A stretch of 64,000 nucleotides of DNA from Malacoraja senta (taxonomy: Eukaryota). The notes beneath the pieces were generated by a model. It saw only the letters and a program-made list of their open reading frames with translations, ran no database searches and was not told the origin of the DNA. Position numbers and translations under genes: made by a program. Of this stretch, positions 61,236 through 64,000 are shown piece by piece; positions within the stretch are counted from its first letter, which is position 1, and every line of letters starts with the position of its first letter. The stretch covers positions 18,788,001 through 18,852,000 of the forward strand of contig CM075987.1 of NCBI GenBank assembly GCA_038087875.1, given 5' to 3'.

Positions 61236-61488
61236 GGGGAACAGCACTTCATTTCCTGCTTGGGTAGTTTACAACTCAACGGTATGAACACTGAATTCTC
61301 CACTTTTTGGTACCTGTGTCCAACTTATACCACCTGACAGGCTTTGTGCCCGCCCAGACTCTTTCCCAGCTTTCTCCCCTCACCCCCACCCTACTGCAAT
61401 CAGTGTGAGGATGGGTCTCGACCCAAAACGTCACCTACCCATGTCCTCCACAGATACTGCCTGACCCTCTGAGTTACTCCAGCGCTTT
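61236..61488 (+). mobile_element. Penelope-like element 3' end (GIY-YIG C-terminus plus pLTR with decayed hammerhead)
   Basis: GEQHFISCLGSLQLNGMNTEFSTF, then gtgtgaggatgggtctcgacccaaaacgtcacc at 61403-61435. Confidence 0.75.
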
Positions 61489-61499
61489 GTGTGTGTGTG

Positions 61500-61583
<84 letters not shown>
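61488..61583. repeat. (TG)n/(CGTG)n microsatellite
   Basis: Directly visible. Confidence 0.95.
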
Positions 61584-61612
61584 ATTTTAAGAGAGAATGA
61601 ATGGTAGATTTA

Positions 61613-62045
61613 AAAGATTCAAGATTCAAGAGAGTTTATTGTCATGTGTCCCCGATAGGACAATGAAATTCTTGCTTTGCTTCAGCACAACAGAACATAG
61701 TAGGCATGACTACAGAACAGATCAGTGTGTCTATATACCATTATATAAATATATACACACATGAATAAATAAACGGATCAAGTGCAAATAACAGATAATG
61801 GGCTATTAATGTTCAGAGTTTTGTCCGAGCCAAGTTTAATAGCCTGATGGATGTGGGGAAGTAGCTAATCCTGAACCTGGTCGTTGCAGTCTTCAGACTC
61901 CTGTACCTTCTACCTGAAGGTAGCGGGGAGATGAGTGTGTGGCAAGGATGGTGTGGGTCCTTGATGATAATGCCATCCTTTTTGAGGCAGCGACTGCGAT
62001 AGATCCCCTCGAGGTCAGACCCGCGATGGACTGGGCAGTGTTTAC
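61613..62045 (-). mobile_element. Rex1/Babar 3' fragment, same subfamily as 8068-9265
   Basis: Peptide EGIYRSRCLKK…LPSGRRYRSLKTATTRFR…LNLARTKL and a near-identical 3' UTR; a shorter tail piece lies at about 56318-56380. Confidence 0.9.
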
Positions 62046-64000
62046 ATGTAGATTTACATGTATAAAGTTCCATTCACTGCCTCAACCATTCACAGCCACG
62101 GCGTTGCATATTTTAGTGCAGTCATGGTGCTGTGCATTCCACCACCAATATACATAACAAAATAAACGAAGGTAGACGCAAAATTCAGAAGTAACTCAGC
62201 GGGACAGGTAGCATCTCTGGAGAGAATGAATGGGGTGACGTTTCGGGTCGAAATCTTTCCTCAGACAAAATAAATGATGATGTTTATTCTCTGTTAACAA
62301 CAGTTAACGTCGAGTTGGGCCGCTTCTATCTCTCGTTTCCCTCTCCCCTGACTCAGTCTGAAGAAGGGTCTCATTCATTTTCTCCAGAGATGCTGCCTGT
62401 CCCGCTGAGTTACTCCAGGTTTTTTTTCTGTCTCTCATAGCCTTAAGGTTTCGGCAATAAGCAGGGAATGGTCAACAGATAAGATGCGGAGGTAGCAACG
62501 AATATTTGGCATTGCCAAAAATACATGTCAATATACCCCTAATGTATGCAAATAGAAAAATGTGTCTCAAGTTCCTATCCACACATCTACCTGTTACCAA
62601 ACGCCTTACGCCGCTACCCATGTTCTCCAGATATCCTGCCTGACCCACTGAGTTTATGTATTTTTTCGATCAATTTCTTAAGCTTACTGAACCATTCACG
62701 GCTACCAGGGGAAGCTACACGATTACAAAGTGTAAAATACATGCGGGAATGTTTTCCAGTGTGTCGGGACTGGCTCGGGGAGCAGGTTGTGGTGGGTGTG
62801 GGCGAGTCCTGTTTCGGTGCTGAACGACGTTATGTCTCTATGGCCCGATGTTCCTATGACTTTAGCATCGCATCAATTCATAGTCTTTTAGCGCGTTCGG
62901 TTTAATTGCATTTGGGGTTTCAGAATAAAACATTACAGAGAAAGTGGAGTAAAATAATTACATTTGTCCCAAGTACACCATTAACGGAAATTGGCTGCAT
63001 AACACCCGGTTTAAAAGAATAACAATTAATCCACGGTGTTTCTAAAGATGTGTGGATTTCAACTAACTTCTGCAATAGTCTGTGCTTTATTTGTTAATTG
63101 CATTTCCTCGGGAAAATACTTTTCGATGCCAGTTTAGATTCCAAAGAAGATACCGTCTGAGGTCGTTGTTGAGGCCACTATGTACATTCCCTTCCCAGTT
63201 AATTAATTTTAATTTCACATTTCATAACTCGCGCATGTGTGTGTGTGTGTGTCTTTAAATTAACCAATCATTGAAATAACAGCAAAACTGAAAGTGACGG
63301 AGTTATGTGATTGAGTATTGTGCAAAGTGCAAAAGGTATTCAGCGGGTCAGACAGCATCACGGGAGAACACGGATGGGTGACGATTCTGGACGAGACCCT
63401 TCTTCAGGGACAGGGCTGTTGTCAGGGGACAGAGACTATCTCTGGCCGTGGAGGGGGCGATTTGAGGGTCCACTGCTTAGGAAACCTCATCACCCCCCCC
63501 CCCCCCCCGCCCCGCCCCCGCCCCGGATTTAGCAAGCATCAACTATGACCACCTGCGTTATCCAGAGAGAATGATTACAGTTTAAACTCTCTGGGGTGGA
63601 ATAAATCGATTAGAACACGGCTTTACCTGGCTGACTTTGAATGTCACGTTTGAGCCCTGCAAATCCACCCGCGGACACACAGTATCGGAGCGCAGGCTGG
63701 GTGCAGCTTGCGAGGGATCCGGTGAGCGCTCTCCTGAAACACGAGACAGTCTTAATCCCAAAGACCAGGCACCGGGGTAATGAATGGAGGTTGGGGTCCC
63801 TGCACGAAAAGTATCGTTTAATCTGAACAATTCGATGCTTTTCACTGAACAAGTTTCGTTGTTCCTCAACTCACTCATTAAAAACGCAAGTTGCTGGGGG
63901 GGGGGGGGGGGGCAGTCAGCGGGTCGGGCGCTGGGGGGGGGGGGGAGTCAGCGGGTCGGGCCGCTTGTTAACAGGTACTGCCTGACCCGCTGCATTCCTC

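Overview
Gene-poor, repeat-dense vertebrate DNA. The tRNA-derived HE1-like V-SINEs with CR1/HER1-type tails suggest a cartilaginous fish, probably a skate or ray (inference from repeat families). I found no host protein-coding exon, rRNA, real tRNA or CRISPR array that I can support. The recognisable protein-like ORFs are retroelement fragments (CR1, Rex1/Babar, L1/Tx1, Penelope GIY-YIG C-terminus). Repeat-free blocks between the repeats look like enhancers. The main signal is RNA structure carried by mobile elements. (1) A ~135-bp non-autonomous retroelement occurs in 4 copies, three with clear target-site duplications, and ends in a (GAA)n tail. Its first 54 nt fold into a complete minimal HDV-like ribozyme, and the predicted cleavage-site G1 is exactly the first base of the element. 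(2) Abundant Penelope-derived repeats, often palindromic, carry minimal hammerhead motifs. (3) A GC-rich unclassified family has a conserved 3' hairpin and two different LINE-type tails. Boundaries of old repeats are approximate, and family names come from recognition, not database searches.
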